Positions 16,982 to 27,734 of a stretch of DNA of 64,000 bases are shown in pieces. This DNA is from an uncultured Neomegalonema sp. Its GTDB lineage: Bacteria > Pseudomonadota > Alphaproteobacteria > Rhodobacterales > Rhodobacteraceae. How positions within the stretch are numbered: the first letter of the stretch is position 1; each line of letters opens with the position of its first letter. The translations under genes and the position numbers were made by a program. The notes under the pieces were generated by a model. That model had not been told where the DNA came from. It made no database searches and saw nothing but the letters and a program-made list of their open reading frames with translations. The stretch covers positions 67,585 through 131,584 of the forward strand of contig CALLLP010000001.1 in assembly GCA_938008165.1 (NCBI GenBank), read 5' to 3'.

Positions 16982-17883
16982 GCGGCTGCACGTCGGATCG
17001 TGAGTTTCGGGCGTTGCCGTTCACAGCGCCGCAGGTCGTCTCCGAAGACATCGTCGAGACCCGAATTGAACGGGTTCTTCGCGCAGAGGGCGGCGATACC
17101 CTCGCTCTGACCCAATGGCCCGCCGAGGGGGAGGTGCGGGGTGTAATTCTGGCGGTGCATGGCTTTGGCGATTACGGCCCAAGCACGTTTCGCGATGCGG
17201 CGCAGGACTGGCGCGCGGCGGGCTTGACCGTCTATGCCTATGACCAACGCGGATTTGGGCGCAATCCAAGCCGGGGTACATGGCCCGGTGCGGCCCGTCT
17301 GATCGAAGATCTCGCGCGGGTCTATGACATCGTGCGCAGCGAATCGGGCGCGGCACCTGTGACCGTGATCGGTCATTCGATGGGCGGCGCCGTGGTTGCG
17401 GCGGCATTGGGTGAGGGCTTGATCGACCCGGAGCGCGCCGTTCTGCTTGCCCCCGCCCTTTGGGGAGGGCCGCATCTGGGCACAGGGTATCGGGCGCTTG
17501 CAGGCATCGCCACTGCCCTGTTTCCGGATAAGCGATGGAGCGGAAAGGGGGTCGTGCGCATTTTGGCGAGCGATAATATCGAGGCCCTGCGCGCCCTTGG
17601 GCGCGATCCCCTCTATCTGCGCAACCCCAGTTCCCGCGAATTTTCTGGCCTGATCGCCTTGATGGATCGTGCGGTGGAGGGGGCAGCGGCCATCGAAACG
17701 CCGACGCTGGTTCTCTATGGCATCAATGACGATGTGGTGCCGGAGGCCCCGATCCGCGAGACGACGGCGCGGTTTGGTGGGGAGAAGGAATTCCGGCTGA
17801 TCGAGACCGGCTGGCACCTTCTGCTCCGCGATCTTGAGGGGGCCGTCGTGCGCGATATCGTGGCCGAATACGCCTTGGAGTAA
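16915..17883 (+). CDS. alpha/beta hydrolase lipoprotein (lysophospholipase/monoacylglycerol lipase-like)
   Basis: ORF 16615..17883. Met101 gives MVRDRYLAKTPHLLVAAFAVLLSGC (lipobox LSGC). GHSMGG nucleophile elbow. An alternative start is 16897. Confidence 0.75.
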   Translation: MVRDRYLAKTPHLLVAAFAVLLSGCTSDREFRALPFTAPQVVSEDIVETRIERVLRAEGGDTLALTQWPAEGEVRGVILAVHGFGDYGPSTFRDAAQDWRAAGLTVYAYDQRGFGRNPSRGTWPGAARLIEDLARVYDIVRSESGAAPVTVIGHSMGGAVVAAALGEGLIDPERAVLLAPALWGGPHLGTGYRALAGIATALFPDKRWSGKGVVRILASDNIEALRALGRDPLYLRNPSSREFSGLIALMDRAVEGAAAIETPTLVLYGINDDVVPEAPIRETTARFGGEKEFRLIETGWHLLLRDLEGAVVRDIVAEYALE

Positions 17884-17921
17884 TAGGCGGTCACGCCTTC
17901 TGAATTGTCGGTCATCCGCAT

Positions 17922-18455
17922 TCAGATCGGCGTCGATTTCCTGGGATCATTGCTGTCGATACGCAGATCGATCACATCGCCTATCTTCTGTCCCCTGCGA
18001 GCAGTCATCTTTCCTTTCAAGACGTTCACGCCGTCCATATCGTAATAGATATACGTCGCCGTTTGCGCTTTTGTCAGGGTGTATTCCGAGAATTGGGGAT
18101 AGGTCAGCGCGGTTTTTGCCCGGTCGCAGGAGAGAGGTTCCGTCCGGGTGGCCTTGCCGCCGGAGGTGCGGACCAGACGGCATTCGATGCGAATGTCGTT
18201 GATGCGGCCCTGCACGTTGAAATGATTGGAGGTCGAGGGGCTGCCGATGCCTAGCGAGGAGGCGATGGCACCCAGACCGCCGATCCCGGCGGAAATCGGC
18301 TGGCTGTTCGGGGTCGCAGAGTGGCCCGCGCCGCTCAAAACGCCGCTGAGGCCCCCATTATGAGCCATATAATACTGACCGCCACCGATGATCGCGCCCA
18401 TGATCATCAAGCGAGACAGAATGCCGCCGATGATGTTTCCGAAAAACCCACCCAT
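17922..18455 (-). CDS. hypothetical membrane protein with Gly-rich (glycine-zipper-like) N-terminal region
   Basis: 177 aa. N-terminus MGGFFGNIIGGILSRLMIMGAIIGGGQYY...GIGGLGAIASSLGIG, then a beta-rich C-terminal half with two Cys. Confidence 0.55.
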   Translation of the reverse strand: MGGFFGNIIGGILSRLMIMGAIIGGGQYYMAHNGGLSGVLSGAGHSATPNSQPISAGIGGLGAIASSLGIGSPSTSNHFNVQGRINDIRIECRLVRTSGGKATRTEPLSCDRAKTALTYPQFSEYTLTKAQTATYIYYDMDGVNVLKGKMTARRGQKIGDVIDLRIDSNDPRKSTPI

Positions 18456-18635
18456 AGTGACCTCTCTGTCTGTGTGACAGGTCGAAATCCTAGAGTATCA
18501 GCCTGCTTTTGCGCTTAACGCCTTGGATGAAAATGCGCGCAATGCGATCTATTCGCCGAGTGGCTTTGCCTTTCCGCTCAGGGGCGATAGAACCCCCTTA
18601 AACTGCCCCTGATCCTCTTCCGCGAGACCGATATT

Positions 18636-21488
18636 ATGGCCATGGACAAGACTTTCGACGCCGCAACCGCCGAGCCGCGCATTTATGCCGAATGGGAGGC
18701 GCAGGGGTGTTTTGCAGCGGGGGCGAACAAAACGCATGACGAGACCTTCACCATCGTGATCCCGCCACCCAACGTCACGGGATCGCTGCATATGGGCCAT
18801 GCGCTGAACAACACGCTGCAAGATATTCTGGTCCGTTGGCACCGGATGCGGGGATTCGATACGCTGTGGCAGCCGGGCACGGATCATGCGGGCATCGCGA
18901 CGCAGATGGTCGTCGAGCGCCGACTGAACGCGCAGGGCGTCAAGCGCACGGATATGTCGCGCGAGGATTTCGTCGCCAAGGTCTGGGAATGGAAAGCGGA
19001 ATCGGGCGGCACGATCGTCAATCAGCTCAAGCGGTTGGGCGCGAGTTGCGACTGGTCGCGCGAACGCTTCACGATGGATGAAGGGTTAAGCGATGCCGTT
19101 CGCAAAGTTTTTGTCGAATTGTATGACAAGGGCCTGATCTACAAAGGTAAACGCCTCGTCAACTGGGACCCTCATTTCGAAACGGCAATCTCCGACCTAG
19201 AAGTCGAGAATATCGAAACGCCGGGTCATATGTGGCATTTCAAGTATCCGCTGGCAGGCGGTGAAACCTACGAATATGTCGAAAAGGATGCGGATGGCGC
19301 GGTTATCCTGCGCGAGACCCGCGACTATATCTCCATCGCCACGACTCGCCCCGAAACGATGCTGGGGGATGGGGCAGTCGCGGTTCATACCGATGATGAA
19401 CGCTACGCCCCAATCATTGGGAAACTCTGTGAAATTCCCGTCGGGCCAAAAGAGCATCGCCGCCTGATCCCGATCATCACCGATGACTATCCGGACCCCG
19501 ATTTCGGATCTGGTGCGGTCAAGATCACCGGGGCGCATGACTTCAACGACTACATGGTTGCCAAGCGCAACAACATCCCGCTCTACGCGCTGATGGACAC
19601 CAAGGCCGCGATGCGGGCCGATGGCCGCCCCTATGCCGAGGACGCCGCCATCGCGCAGGCGATTGCCAATGGAGAGCGCGATTTCGACGAGGCAATGGTC
19701 GCCGCGATGAACCTCGTCCCCGATGAGTATCGCGGTCTGGACAGGTTGGAAGCGCGTGCGCGCGTCATCGCCGATATTACAGGCGAAGGGCTGGCAGTAA
19801 TGGTTCCTGACCCGGATTATGATCCGGAAGGCGACGCGCCGGAGAGGATTCCCCTCGTCGAGTCCAAGCCCATCATGCAGCCCTATGGCGATCGCTCGAA
19901 GGTCGTCATCGAACCGATGCTGACCGACCAATGGTTTGTTGATGCCGAAACGCTGGCCAAGCCCGCCCGTGAGGCCGTCGCGAAGGGGGATACGGCGTTC
20001 GTTCCAAAAAACTGGGAGAAGACCTATTTCAACTGGCTCGACAATATCGAGCCATGGTGCATCTCCCGCCAACTCTGGTGGGGGCATCAGGTGCCGGTCT
20101 GGTATGACGCCGACGAAAACGCCTATTGCGCGGCCACCGAAGCCGAAGCACGCGCACTCGCTGGCGGCAAGACCCTGACGCAAGATCCCGACGTCCTCGA
20201 TACGTGGTTCTCCTCAGCGCTGTGGCCGTTCTCGACTCTTGGCTGGCCGGAGGAAACACCGGAACTCGCGCGGTATTACAAGACCGATGTGCTCGTGACC
20301 GGCTTTGACATTATCTTCTTCTGGGTTGCCCGCATGATGATGATGGGCCTTCACTTCAAGGATGAAGTGCCGTTCTACTCCGTCTACATCAATTCCATCG
20401 TCGTCGATGGTAACGGCGAGAAGATGTCGAAATCAAAGGGCAATGTCATCGATCCGCTGGGTCTTGTGGACCAATACGGGGCCGATGCCCTGCGCTATAC
20501 GTTGGCCTCGCAGGAGGTGCAGGGCCGCCGTCAGTCGCGCATGTCCGAAAGCGCGGTCGAGGCGGCACGCAACTTTGGCACCAAACTGTGGAATGCTGCC
20601 CGCTTTGCCGAATTCAACGGGTGCGAGCGCGACCCGGCATTCGACCCAGCCAAAGCGACCGAAACCGTCAACCGCTGGATCATCGGCGAGACGGCCAAGA
20701 CGCTGGAGGCGACCGATGCCGCGCTGACCGCCTATCGCTTCAACGATGCGGCGGGGGGGCTGTATCAACACGTCTATTTCCTCTGCGATTGGTATGTCGA
20801 ATTCTCAAAACCCCTGCTGACGGGCGCGGATGGCCCCGCGAAGGACGAGACGAAAGCCACCGTCGTCTGGGCCATCGACCAATGTCTGATCATGCTGTCG
20901 CCCATCATGCCCTTTATCACCGAGGAGCTGTGGCGACAGACGGGTGGAACGGGCATGTTGATGCATCATGATTGGCCGACCTACGGCAGTGACACGCTCG
21001 CGGATGCCGGGGCGGAGGCGGAAATGCGCTGGACTATCTCGCTGATCGAGGCGATCCGCTCCGTTCGCGCCGAGATGAACGTTCCGGCAGGCGCGAAGAT
21101 CGATATGTTGCTAACCGATTTCGAGTACGAGGCCGCCCAGCGTCTGCTGCGTCAAGGCGCGCTGATCCGTCGCCTCGCGCGCTTGTCCGAAGCGGCCGTC
21201 GGTAACGAAGCTCCCGCTGGCTCCATCGTCACGGCGGTTGAGGGCGCGACGGTCAATCTGCCCCTCGCCGACATTATCGATGTGAAGGCCGAAGGGGCGC
21301 GGCTGCGCAAGAAACTCGACAAGTTGTCTAAGGAAACCGGGGGGTTGGAGAAAAAGCTGTCTAATCCCGGTTTTCTCGCAAAGGCCCCGGCGGAAGAGGT
21401 CGAAAAACAGCGCGCGCGGCTGGACGCGGCCACTGAAGAAAAGGCCAAGCTGGCCGCTGCCGTCGCCCGGTTGGAGGCGATGGGATAG
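18636..21488 (+). CDS. valS: valine--tRNA ligase
   Basis: 950 aa with the HIGH-type motif GSLHMGHALN, KMSKS, and a C-terminal coiled coil. Confidence 0.97.
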   Translation: MAMDKTFDAATAEPRIYAEWEAQGCFAAGANKTHDETFTIVIPPPNVTGSLHMGHALNNTLQDILVRWHRMRGFDTLWQPGTDHAGIATQMVVERRLNAQGVKRTDMSREDFVAKVWEWKAESGGTIVNQLKRLGASCDWSRERFTMDEGLSDAVRKVFVELYDKGLIYKGKRLVNWDPHFETAISDLEVENIETPGHMWHFKYPLAGGETYEYVEKDADGAVILRETRDYISIATTRPETMLGDGAVAVHTDDERYAPIIGKLCEIPVGPKEHRRLIPIITDDYPDPDFGSGAVKITGAHDFNDYMVAKRNNIPLYALMDTKAAMRADGRPYAEDAAIAQAIANGERDFDEAMVAAMNLVPDEYRGLDRLEARARVIADITGEGLAVMVPDPDYDPEGDAPERIPLVESKPIMQPYGDRSKVVIEPMLTDQWFVDAETLAKPAREAVAKGDTAFVPKNWEKTYFNWLDNIEPWCISRQLWWGHQVPVWYDADENAYCAATEAEARALAGGKTLTQDPDVLDTWFSSALWPFSTLGWPEETPELARYYKTDVLVTGFDIIFFWVARMMMMGLHFKDEVPFYSVYINSIVVDGNGEKMSKSKGNVIDPLGLVDQYGADALRYTLASQEVQGRRQSRMSESAVEAARNFGTKLWNAARFAEFNGCERDPAFDPAKATETVNRWIIGETAKTLEATDAALTAYRFNDAAGGLYQHVYFLCDWYVEFSKPLLTGADGPAKDETKATVVWAIDQCLIMLSPIMPFITEELWRQTGGTGMLMHHDWPTYGSDTLADAGAEAEMRWTISLIEAIRSVRAEMNVPAGAKIDMLLTDFEYEAAQRLLRQGALIRRLARLSEAAVGNEAPAGSIVTAVEGATVNLPLADIIDVKAEGARLRKKLDKLSKETGGLEKKLSNPGFLAKAPAEEVEKQRARLDAATEEKAKLAAAVARLEAMG

Positions 21489-21545
21489 AAGGAAAATCGA
21501 CCACGACCAGCGCCGAAGACTGGCGCGATCATCCCGATATCATCC

Positions 21546-21579
21546 AAAAAAATACCCCGCATCAGGCGGGGTATTTTCG
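21546..21579. terminator. bidirectional rho-independent terminator shared by valS (+) and pnp (-)
   Basis: AAAAAA-AATACCCCGC-ATCAG-GCGGGGTATT-TTCGT: a 10-bp stem flanked by an A-run and a T-run. Confidence 0.8.
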
Positions 21580-21690
21580 TCTTGAGAGTGGAATGCAATC
21601 TAAGTTGGGCCGGGCATTGCGCTTAGAGTGCGCATTTCCCGACACTCCGTGGCTCAATCTGATCGCGTTTCACGATAGGATGCGGGGTTC

Positions 21691-23802
21691 TCAGCTTTCC
21701 GCTTCGACTTCCTTGCCGGTTTTCTGATCGACCATTTTCATGCCGAGGCGCACCTTGCCACGATCATCGAAGCCCATCAGTTTGACCCAGACGACATCGC
21801 CCTCCTTGACGAAATCTTTGGGGTTCGCCCCGCGTTCGCTGGTCATCTGGCTGATATGGACAAGGCCGTCTTTCGGGCCGAAGAAGTTCACAAAGGCGCC
21901 GAAATCGAGGACTTTCACGACCTTGCCCTCGTAGATTTCGCCCACTTCAGGCTCCGCCGCGATGGCCATGATCATCTTCTTGGCCTTGGCGATGCTTTCG
22001 CCATCGGGCGAGGCGATCTTGATGATGCCTTCGTCGTTGATATCGACTTTCGCGCCGGATTCTTCGACGATCCCGCGAATGACCTTGCCGCCCGATCCAA
22101 TAACTTCCCGGATCTTGTCGGTTGCGATCTGAAGCGTCTCGATGCGCGGGGCGTAATCGGAGAATTCCTCGCGGCCTGCGCTCAGGGCCTTGGCCATTTC
22201 GCCCAGAATCGTATTGCGGCCTTCATGAGCTTGGCTCAGGGCCTGTTTCATGATGGCTTCGGTGATGCCGGTCACCTTGATATCCATCTGGAGTGAGGTG
22301 ATGCCGACTTCGGAGCCTGCCACCTTGAAATCCATATCGCCGAGATGATCTTCGTCGCCGAGAATATCGGTCAGGACCGCGAATTCACCCGATTTTTCAA
22401 GGATCAAACCCATCGCCACGCCCGCGACAGGGCGGGTCAACGGCACGCCCGCATCCATCATCGCCAGCGAGCCGCCACAGACGGAGGCCATCGAGGAAGA
22501 CCCGTTCGATTCCGTGATCTCCGACACGATGCGGATCGTGTAAGGGAAGTCCGTCGCTGCGGGAAGGACGGCGTGCAGGGCACGCCATGCTAGCTTGCCG
22601 TGACCGACTTCGCGGCGGCCGGGAGGGCCGAAACGGCCTGCTTCCCCAACGGAATAGGGTGGGAAGTTGTAATGCAACATAAAGCGTTCACGGCGGTCAC
22701 CATCCAGCGCATCGATGCGCTGCTCGTCATCGCCGGTGCCGAGGGTCGTGACACACAGCGCCTGAGTCTCGCCGCGCGTGAACAGGGCGGAGCCATGGGT
22801 GCGGGGCAGAAGGCCCACATGGCATTCGATGGGGCGCACAGTCGTCAAGTCGCGGCCATCGATGCGCTTGCCGGTTTTGACAATATCCCCGCGCACGATT
22901 TCTTTTTCGAGCGATTTGAAGACGTTGGAGACGGCGGTTCCGTCTTCCTTGTCCTCGTCGGACAGGCCGTCAATCAGCGTTTCCTTTGCGGCGGCGACCT
23001 TGGCGGTGCGCTCCTGCTTGTCGAGAGTCGAGAAGGCATCGCGCAGGGGGGTCTCGACGATGGCGCGTGCTTTTTCCATCAGGGCGGAATGATCGACGGT
23101 TTCGACGGCGAATGGCTCTTTCGCGCAGGCTTCGGCCAGATCGATGATGCAGTCGATAACGGGCTGAATCGACTTGTGACCGAACATCACTGCGCCGAGC
23201 ATTTCGTCTTCGGACAGCTCTTTCGCTTCTGACTCGACCATCATGACGGCGTCTTTTGTGCCCGCCATGATCAGGTCGAGCTTACTGTCTTCCAGCTCGT
23301 CCTTGGTGGGGTTCAGCACGTATTCGCCATTGGTGAAGCCGACCCGGCAGCCACCGATGGGGCCGAGGAAGGGTGCGCCGGAGATGGTGAGCGCCGCCGA
23401 TGCGGCGATCATGGCCAGCATGTCGGGGGCATGCTCAAGATCGTGGCTGAGAACGGTACAGATTACCTGCGTCTCGTTGCGGAAACCATCGGCAAAGAGA
23501 GGACGGATAGGGCGGTCGATCAGGCGCGAGGTCAGCGTTTCATGATCGCTGGGGCGCGCTTCACGCTTGAGATAACCGCCGGGAATTTTGCCCGCTGCGT
23601 AGAATTTTTCCTGATAATGAACCGTCAGGGGAAAGAAATCGATGCCGGGTTTCGGCGATTTCTGAAAGGTGACGGCGGCCAGAACCGTGGTCTCGCCCAG
23701 CGTGGCGAGCACGGCGCCATCAGCCTGGCGGGCAATGCGCCCGGATTCGAGAATGAGCGTTTCGTCGCCCAGCGGAACTTCCTTGCGGATAACATCGAAC
23801 AT
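21691..23802 (-). CDS. pnp: polyribonucleotide nucleotidyltransferase (PNPase)
   Basis: ORF 21691..23820, started at Met7 (MFDVIRKEV) with AAGGAAAA upstream. Two RNase PH domains, then KH and S1 at the C-terminus. Confidence 0.95.
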   Translation of the reverse strand: MFDVIRKEVPLGDETLILESGRIARQADGAVLATLGETTVLAAVTFQKSPKPGIDFFPLTVHYQEKFYAAGKIPGGYLKREARPSDHETLTSRLIDRPIRPLFADGFRNETQVICTVLSHDLEHAPDMLAMIAASAALTISGAPFLGPIGGCRVGFTNGEYVLNPTKDELEDSKLDLIMAGTKDAVMMVESEAKELSEDEMLGAVMFGHKSIQPVIDCIIDLAEACAKEPFAVETVDHSALMEKARAIVETPLRDAFSTLDKQERTAKVAAAKETLIDGLSDEDKEDGTAVSNVFKSLEKEIVRGDIVKTGKRIDGRDLTTVRPIECHVGLLPRTHGSALFTRGETQALCVTTLGTGDDEQRIDALDGDRRERFMLHYNFPPYSVGEAGRFGPPGRREVGHGKLAWRALHAVLPAATDFPYTIRIVSEITESNGSSSMASVCGGSLAMMDAGVPLTRPVAGVAMGLILEKSGEFAVLTDILGDEDHLGDMDFKVAGSEVGITSLQMDIKVTGITEAIMKQALSQAHEGRNTILGEMAKALSAGREEFSDYAPRIETLQIATDKIREVIGSGGKVIRGIVEESGAKVDINDEGIIKIASPDGESIAKAKKMIMAIAAEPEVGEIYEGKVVKVLDFGAFVNFFGPKDGLVHISQMTSERGANPKDFVKEGDVVWVKLMGFDDRGKVRLGMKMVDQKTGKEVEAES

Positions 23803-23821
23803 TATTGATTTTCCTTGCATG

Positions 23822-23844
23822 AGGTTCGGGCCCTTCCCGAACCT
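23822..23844 (-). promoter_or_regulatory. stable stem-loop in the pnp 5' leader
   Basis: AGGTTCGGG / CCCGAACCT, a 9-bp perfect stem with a 5-nt loop, just upstream of the pnp Shine-Dalgarno. It sits where the RNase III-processed autoregulatory hairpin lies in E. coli pnp. Confidence 0.5.
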
Positions 23845-23954
23845 GCTCCATGCGCAATCATGCGCCGGAGTGCCCTCCGCGTGTGTTTTCCATACGGAGG
23901 CAGCCCGTCGAAATACCGCGCCATCGCCGGGCCATATCGGCGGCGCGGAGAACC

Positions 23955-23978
23955 GAAAAGCGCGCCCGGAGGCGCGCT
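23955..23978 (-). terminator. rho-independent terminator/attenuator after rpsO
   Basis: The minus strand reads AGCGCGCC-TCCG-GGCGCGCT followed by TTTC, 9 nt after the rpsO stop. Confidence 0.7.
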
Positions 23979-23986
23979 TGGCGGAA

Positions 23987-24256
23987 TTACTTGCGGATAT
24001 TCAGGCGCTTTAGGAGGGTTTGATACCGCTCCTCGTCCTGAGCGCGGGCATAGTCGAGCAGCTTGCGCCGCTGACTGACCATTTTCAGCAGCCCACGACG
24101 CGAATGGTTGTCGTGTTTGTGGTGCTTGAAGTGTTCGGTCAGGTTGGTGATACGCTCGGTCAGGATCGCGATCTGCACTTCGGGCGAGCCGGTGTCGCCT
24201 TCCTTGGTCGCGAATTCTTTGATCAGTTCTTGCTTGCGTTCAGCGGTAATCGACAT
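23987..24256 (-). CDS. rpsO: 30S ribosomal protein S15
   Basis: 89 aa, [15 protein letters not shown]...[22 protein letters not shown]. Confidence 0.97.
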   Translation of the reverse strand: MSITAERKQELIKEFATKEGDTGSPEVQIAILTERITNLTEHFKHHKHDNHSRRGLLKMVSQRRKLLDYARAQDEERYQTLLKRLNIRK

Positions 24257-24416
24257 CGGGTTCTCCTGAAAATATTAAGAGGCTCAGTTGCCCGTCTGGG
24301 CTTGCCACGAGGCGATGACCGGGATGTCGTCCAGCCATGTCCGCAACATCCGCGCATCCCTATCCAGAACGCTTCACCAGTGCAAGAGCAGATTTGCCGC
24401 AATGCAGCAGGGAAGG

Positions 24417-24617
24417 TCAGGGATCGAGCTTGCGCGCTTCATCGGGCAGCATGATGGGCACGCCGTCGCGGATCGGATAGGCCAGCCCCGCGCGCTCGCT
24501 GATGAGTTCCTGCGCCTTGCGATCATAGCGCAGCGGTGTGCGCGACATGGGGCAGATCAGTGCTTCGAGAAGCTTGGGATCGATATCGGATCGCGCCGCC
24601 GGTTCCTGTTCGCTCAT
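24417..24617 (-). CDS. Trm112 family protein
   Basis: ORF 24417..24800, started at Met62. 66 aa, [14 protein letters not shown]...[20 protein letters not shown] overlap with the upstream gene. Confidence 0.75.
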   Translation of the reverse strand: MSEQEPAARSDIDPKLLEALICPMSRTPLRYDRKAQELISERAGLAYPIRDGVPIMLPDEARKLDP

Positions 24618-25282
24618 TGCAGACCTCCGGTGCCCTCGTCCCCCGCCGCATCGATTGTGAGCAAGGTATTCAGCGTCTTGCGCCGGTCGCTGAGGTCTTC
24701 GGCCTCCAGCAAAACCTGCTTTTCCTGTTCGGTGAAGGGACAGATCATGCACAGGGCATTCACGATCGTTTCCTCGCTCGCCTTGCCGAAGGCATCCCAA
24801 TCGGTATCCAGCGATTTGGCCTGAAAATATCGCTCGACGATGCCGAGAAAGCTTTCGCGGTCAAAATCCTCGCCATCCTGACGCGGGGCCTTGGTATCGA
24901 GGACAAAATCATCCCACGTGACCTGCGCCTGTCGGTAGGGGGCGAAGCCTTCGACTTCCTGCACGACGCGAAAGCGCGATACGCCGCTCAGGCCGATGAG
25001 ATAGCGCCCGTCATCGGTTTCGGAGAGTGTCGTGATGCGCCCGGCGCACCCGATGGAAAACAGGCTTTTACAGCCCCGTTCCTCTTGTTCGCCGCTCGGT
25101 TGGATCATGCCGATCAACCGGGTATCGGTCTTCATCGCATCATCGATCATGACCATGTATCGCGGCTCGAAGATATTCAGAGGCAAGCGACCGCGCGGCA
25201 GGAGCAACGCCCCCGGCAGCGGAAAGATCGGGATGATCGATGGGGCATCCTGTGTGGAAAAGCGTGAAGCCATGCCGATCAC
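24614..25282 (-). CDS. LON peptidase N-terminal (substrate-binding) domain protein
   Basis: [26 protein letters not shown], typical of the Lon N-domain. The start is either GTG at 25282 or ATG at 25273. Confidence 0.8.
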   Translation of the reverse strand: MIGMASRFSTQDAPSIIPIFPLPGALLLPRGRLPLNIFEPRYMVMIDDAMKTDTRLIGMIQPSGEQEERGCKSLFSIGCAGRITTLSETDDGRYLIGLSGVSRFRVVQEVEGFAPYRQAQVTWDDFVLDTKAPRQDGEDFDRESFLGIVERYFQAKSLDTDWDAFGKASEETIVNALCMICPFTEQEKQVLLEAEDLSDRRKTLNTLLTIDAAGDEGTGGLQ

Positions 25283-26199
25283 GCGAACAAAATGGATGAA
25301 AGCTTGCGTCGCCCTTTGAGCGTTAGCGGGTCTGTCGGTCCCAAGGCTTCGAACACCTTGAACAATTGCTGACGCGCGGCATCGTCGTTCCAGTCTCGGT
25401 CCCGGCGGAAAATTTCGAGAAGGTGCTCGATTCCCTCTTCCTGCTTGCCCGATGCGACGAGGGCCAAGGCCAGATCGTGCCGGGCCTGATGATCGTCTGG
25501 GTTCGCCTCCAGCGCTGCATTGAACTGGGCATGGTCATCCGCCGATCCGGCCTGTTCGGCCAAGGCGATCATTGAGCGCACCTGCGTCACCGATGGATCA
25601 TCGGCCTTGTCTTCGGGGGCATAGCCGAGGGTCTCGCCTGCCCGTTCCAGATCGCCGGTGGCGACATAGCAACGGGCAAGGCCGGTTATGGCGCGCAGAT
25701 TGTCTTTCGCTACGCCCATCACCTGCGCATAGATTTGTGCGGCTTCGGCGGCGGCATTCGCGGCCAGCTTTTCGTCGGCAACGTCAAGCGCTTCGGTAAT
25801 CTGCGCTTCGGCATCCGAGGGACCAGCAGCGTCAGTCAGGCTTGTAACAAACCGCTCGATTTCACTCTGTGGTTGCGCGCCCATGAAGGCATCGACGGGG
25901 CGGCCGCCTGCAAAGCCGAAGACGGCGGGGATCGACTGTACCTGAAGCTGGCCTGCAATCTGTTGATGCTTGTCGATATCGATGCGGACCATCCGCACCT
26001 TGCCATTTGTGCGGGTAACAGCGGCTTCGAGTTGGGGACCGAGGGTCTTGCATGGGCCGCACCAAGGCGCCGTAAACTGGACGATGATGGGGGTCGTCTG
26101 CGACGCTTCGATCACGTCGGTCATGAAGCCTGCATCTGTCCCGTCGATTACCGGGGCATTCGCTTGCGCACCATGTTGTCCACCACCGAGTTCGAGCAT
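25279..26199 (-). CDS. thioredoxin-domain plus TPR-like co-chaperone (YbbN/CnoX type)
   Basis: Thioredoxin motif FTAPWCGPCK, followed by a helical repeat C-terminal half. Confidence 0.8.
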   Translation of the reverse strand: MLELGGGQHGAQANAPVIDGTDAGFMTDVIEASQTTPIIVQFTAPWCGPCKTLGPQLEAAVTRTNGKVRMVRIDIDKHQQIAGQLQVQSIPAVFGFAGGRPVDAFMGAQPQSEIERFVTSLTDAAGPSDAEAQITEALDVADEKLAANAAAEAAQIYAQVMGVAKDNLRAITGLARCYVATGDLERAGETLGYAPEDKADDPSVTQVRSMIALAEQAGSADDHAQFNAALEANPDDHQARHDLALALVASGKQEEGIEHLLEIFRRDRDWNDDAARQQLFKVFEALGPTDPLTLKGRRKLSSILFA

Positions 26200-26234
26200 C
26201 CTGTCACCTCGTAGAGTTTTGAAAAACCGGGGCG

Positions 26235-26750
26235 CTACGCCTCCAGCTCGTCAAAATTAATTTTGATCGCCTGATGGCCGCAGGCCTCGACGAACCGCAT
26301 CAGGTCTGGCGACGAGATAGCAGTCGTTGCCTCATTGTGTAGGGGGTGGCAGTGAATAACATCATGCTGCAACAATGCGGCGTCGATTGCGAAGGTGACA
26401 CGCGGCGCGTCACCCCGGTCGTTGATGAGGCAAAAAGTCGTTACAGCACCCGGAGTTACGCCCAAAGTTTCCAGCAATAATTCCGGTTTGCCAAAGCTGA
26501 CGCGGGCCGATCCGATGGCTTTTTCGAGTGCCTTTAGGTTGATCTTGCGCGATTCGTCGCAGGTGACGAGGTACAATCGCCCCTTTTTGTCTTTCAGAAA
26601 CAAATTCTTCGTGTGTCCACCGGGCAGGTCGCCCCGCAAGGCGCGACTCTCCTCGACCGTGAACAGCGCGGGATGCGTTACGGTGTTCGTCTCGATCCCA
26701 AGGCTGTCGAGAAAGGCGAACAGGTCGTCGGGGGTTGCGGGGTCAGCCAT
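26235..26750 (-). CDS. prolyl-tRNA synthetase-associated (YbaK/ProX-like) domain protein
   Basis: 171 aa, GHTKNLFLKDKKGRLYLV and other blocks typical of ProX-type deacylase domains. Confidence 0.7.
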   Translation of the reverse strand: MADPATPDDLFAFLDSLGIETNTVTHPALFTVEESRALRGDLPGGHTKNLFLKDKKGRLYLVTCDESRKINLKALEKAIGSARVSFGKPELLLETLGVTPGAVTTFCLINDRGDAPRVTFAIDAALLQHDVIHCHPLHNEATTAISSPDLMRFVEACGHQAIKINFDELEA

Positions 26751-26753
26751 AGG

Positions 26754-27629
26754 TCAGTTCTCCATCGCCCGGATGGCATTGTGACGGATCAAAAGCGAGC
26801 GGGCCGATTCTGCGTGCAGATTCTCGACGATGCGACCATCGAGAACGGCAATGCCCTCGCCCTTGGCTTGCGCTTCCTCGAAAGCCTTGATCTGTGCCTT
26901 GGCGTGCTCGACGGCGGCATCATCGGGAGCAAAAGCGGTGTTGCACAGTTCGATTTGCGAGGGATGGATCAGGGTTTTGCCGTCAAATCCGAGAATGCGG
27001 CTCTGGGCGCAACGCTCTCGAAATCCTTCGGTGTCGCGAAACGCGTTATAGACACCGTCGATCGCGATCATGCCATAGGAACGCGCGACGAGCAGGCAAT
27101 GGGTGAGCGCGGGAATCAGGGCGATACGATCCATGGTCTGCTGCGCGCGCAGATCTTCGGCAAGATCGTTCGTGCCCATGATAAAGGCCGTCAGCCGGGT
27201 GCTGGCCATGGCGACTTTTTCGGCATGAAGCACGCCGAGGGGTGTTTCCATCATTGCCCAAATCTGTGTGGAATCGGGTGCGCCGAGGTCATTCATCAAC
27301 ACGTCGATTTCTTCGATCATCCCCGCCGATTGCGCTTTGGGTATCAGAATAGCATCCGGCGCAGCGGCACAGGCGGCGCGCAGGTCTTCCATACCGTGAT
27401 CCGTATCGAGACCATTGATGCGGATGGCGATTTCGCGTTTTCCATATCCGCCGGAGCGCACGGCATCCGTGACCAGATCGCGCGCGATTGCTTTCTCGCC
27501 CGGCGCGACGGCATCCTCCAGATCGAGGATCAGGGCATCGGCGGCCAGCCCTTTGGCCTTTTCCAGCGCCCGCGCATTGGAGCCGGGCATGTAAAGGACG
27601 CTGCGCCGTGGCCGGAACGGATCGAACAT
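26754..27629 (-). CDS. HpcH/HpaI aldolase / citrate lyase beta (CitE)-like protein, candidate malyl-CoA thioesterase/lyase
   Basis: RSVLYMPGSNARALEKA, LILDLEDAVAP and a CitE-like length (291 aa). The specific activity is not decidable from sequence. Confidence 0.75.
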   Translation of the reverse strand: MFDPFRPRRSVLYMPGSNARALEKAKGLAADALILDLEDAVAPGEKAIARDLVTDAVRSGGYGKREIAIRINGLDTDHGMEDLRAACAAAPDAILIPKAQSAGMIEEIDVLMNDLGAPDSTQIWAMMETPLGVLHAEKVAMASTRLTAFIMGTNDLAEDLRAQQTMDRIALIPALTHCLLVARSYGMIAIDGVYNAFRDTEGFRERCAQSRILGFDGKTLIHPSQIELCNTAFAPDDAAVEHAKAQIKAFEEAQAKGEGIAVLDGRIVENLHAESARSLLIRHNAIRAMEN

Positions 27630-27734
27630 GATGGCTTTTCCCGAAATTTACACAGGGTTCCGACGCCTCTTAATCCGGTTTGGCGGAAGGGTCAAAGTGA
27701 TCGGGATGCGCGCCGTCGTAATCCTGCATCGCAT

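Noticed and set aside
17922-18455. Reading the Gly-rich protein as a microcin/bacteriocin precursor
   Set aside because: There is no double-glycine leader, dedicated ABC exporter or immunity gene nearby, and 177 aa is far longer than class II microcins. It is kept only as an uncharacterised membrane protein.
18456-18635. T-box or other riboswitch upstream of valS
   Set aside because: No specifier loop or T-box consensus is visible. Only a simple hairpin is present, which is reported separately with low interest.
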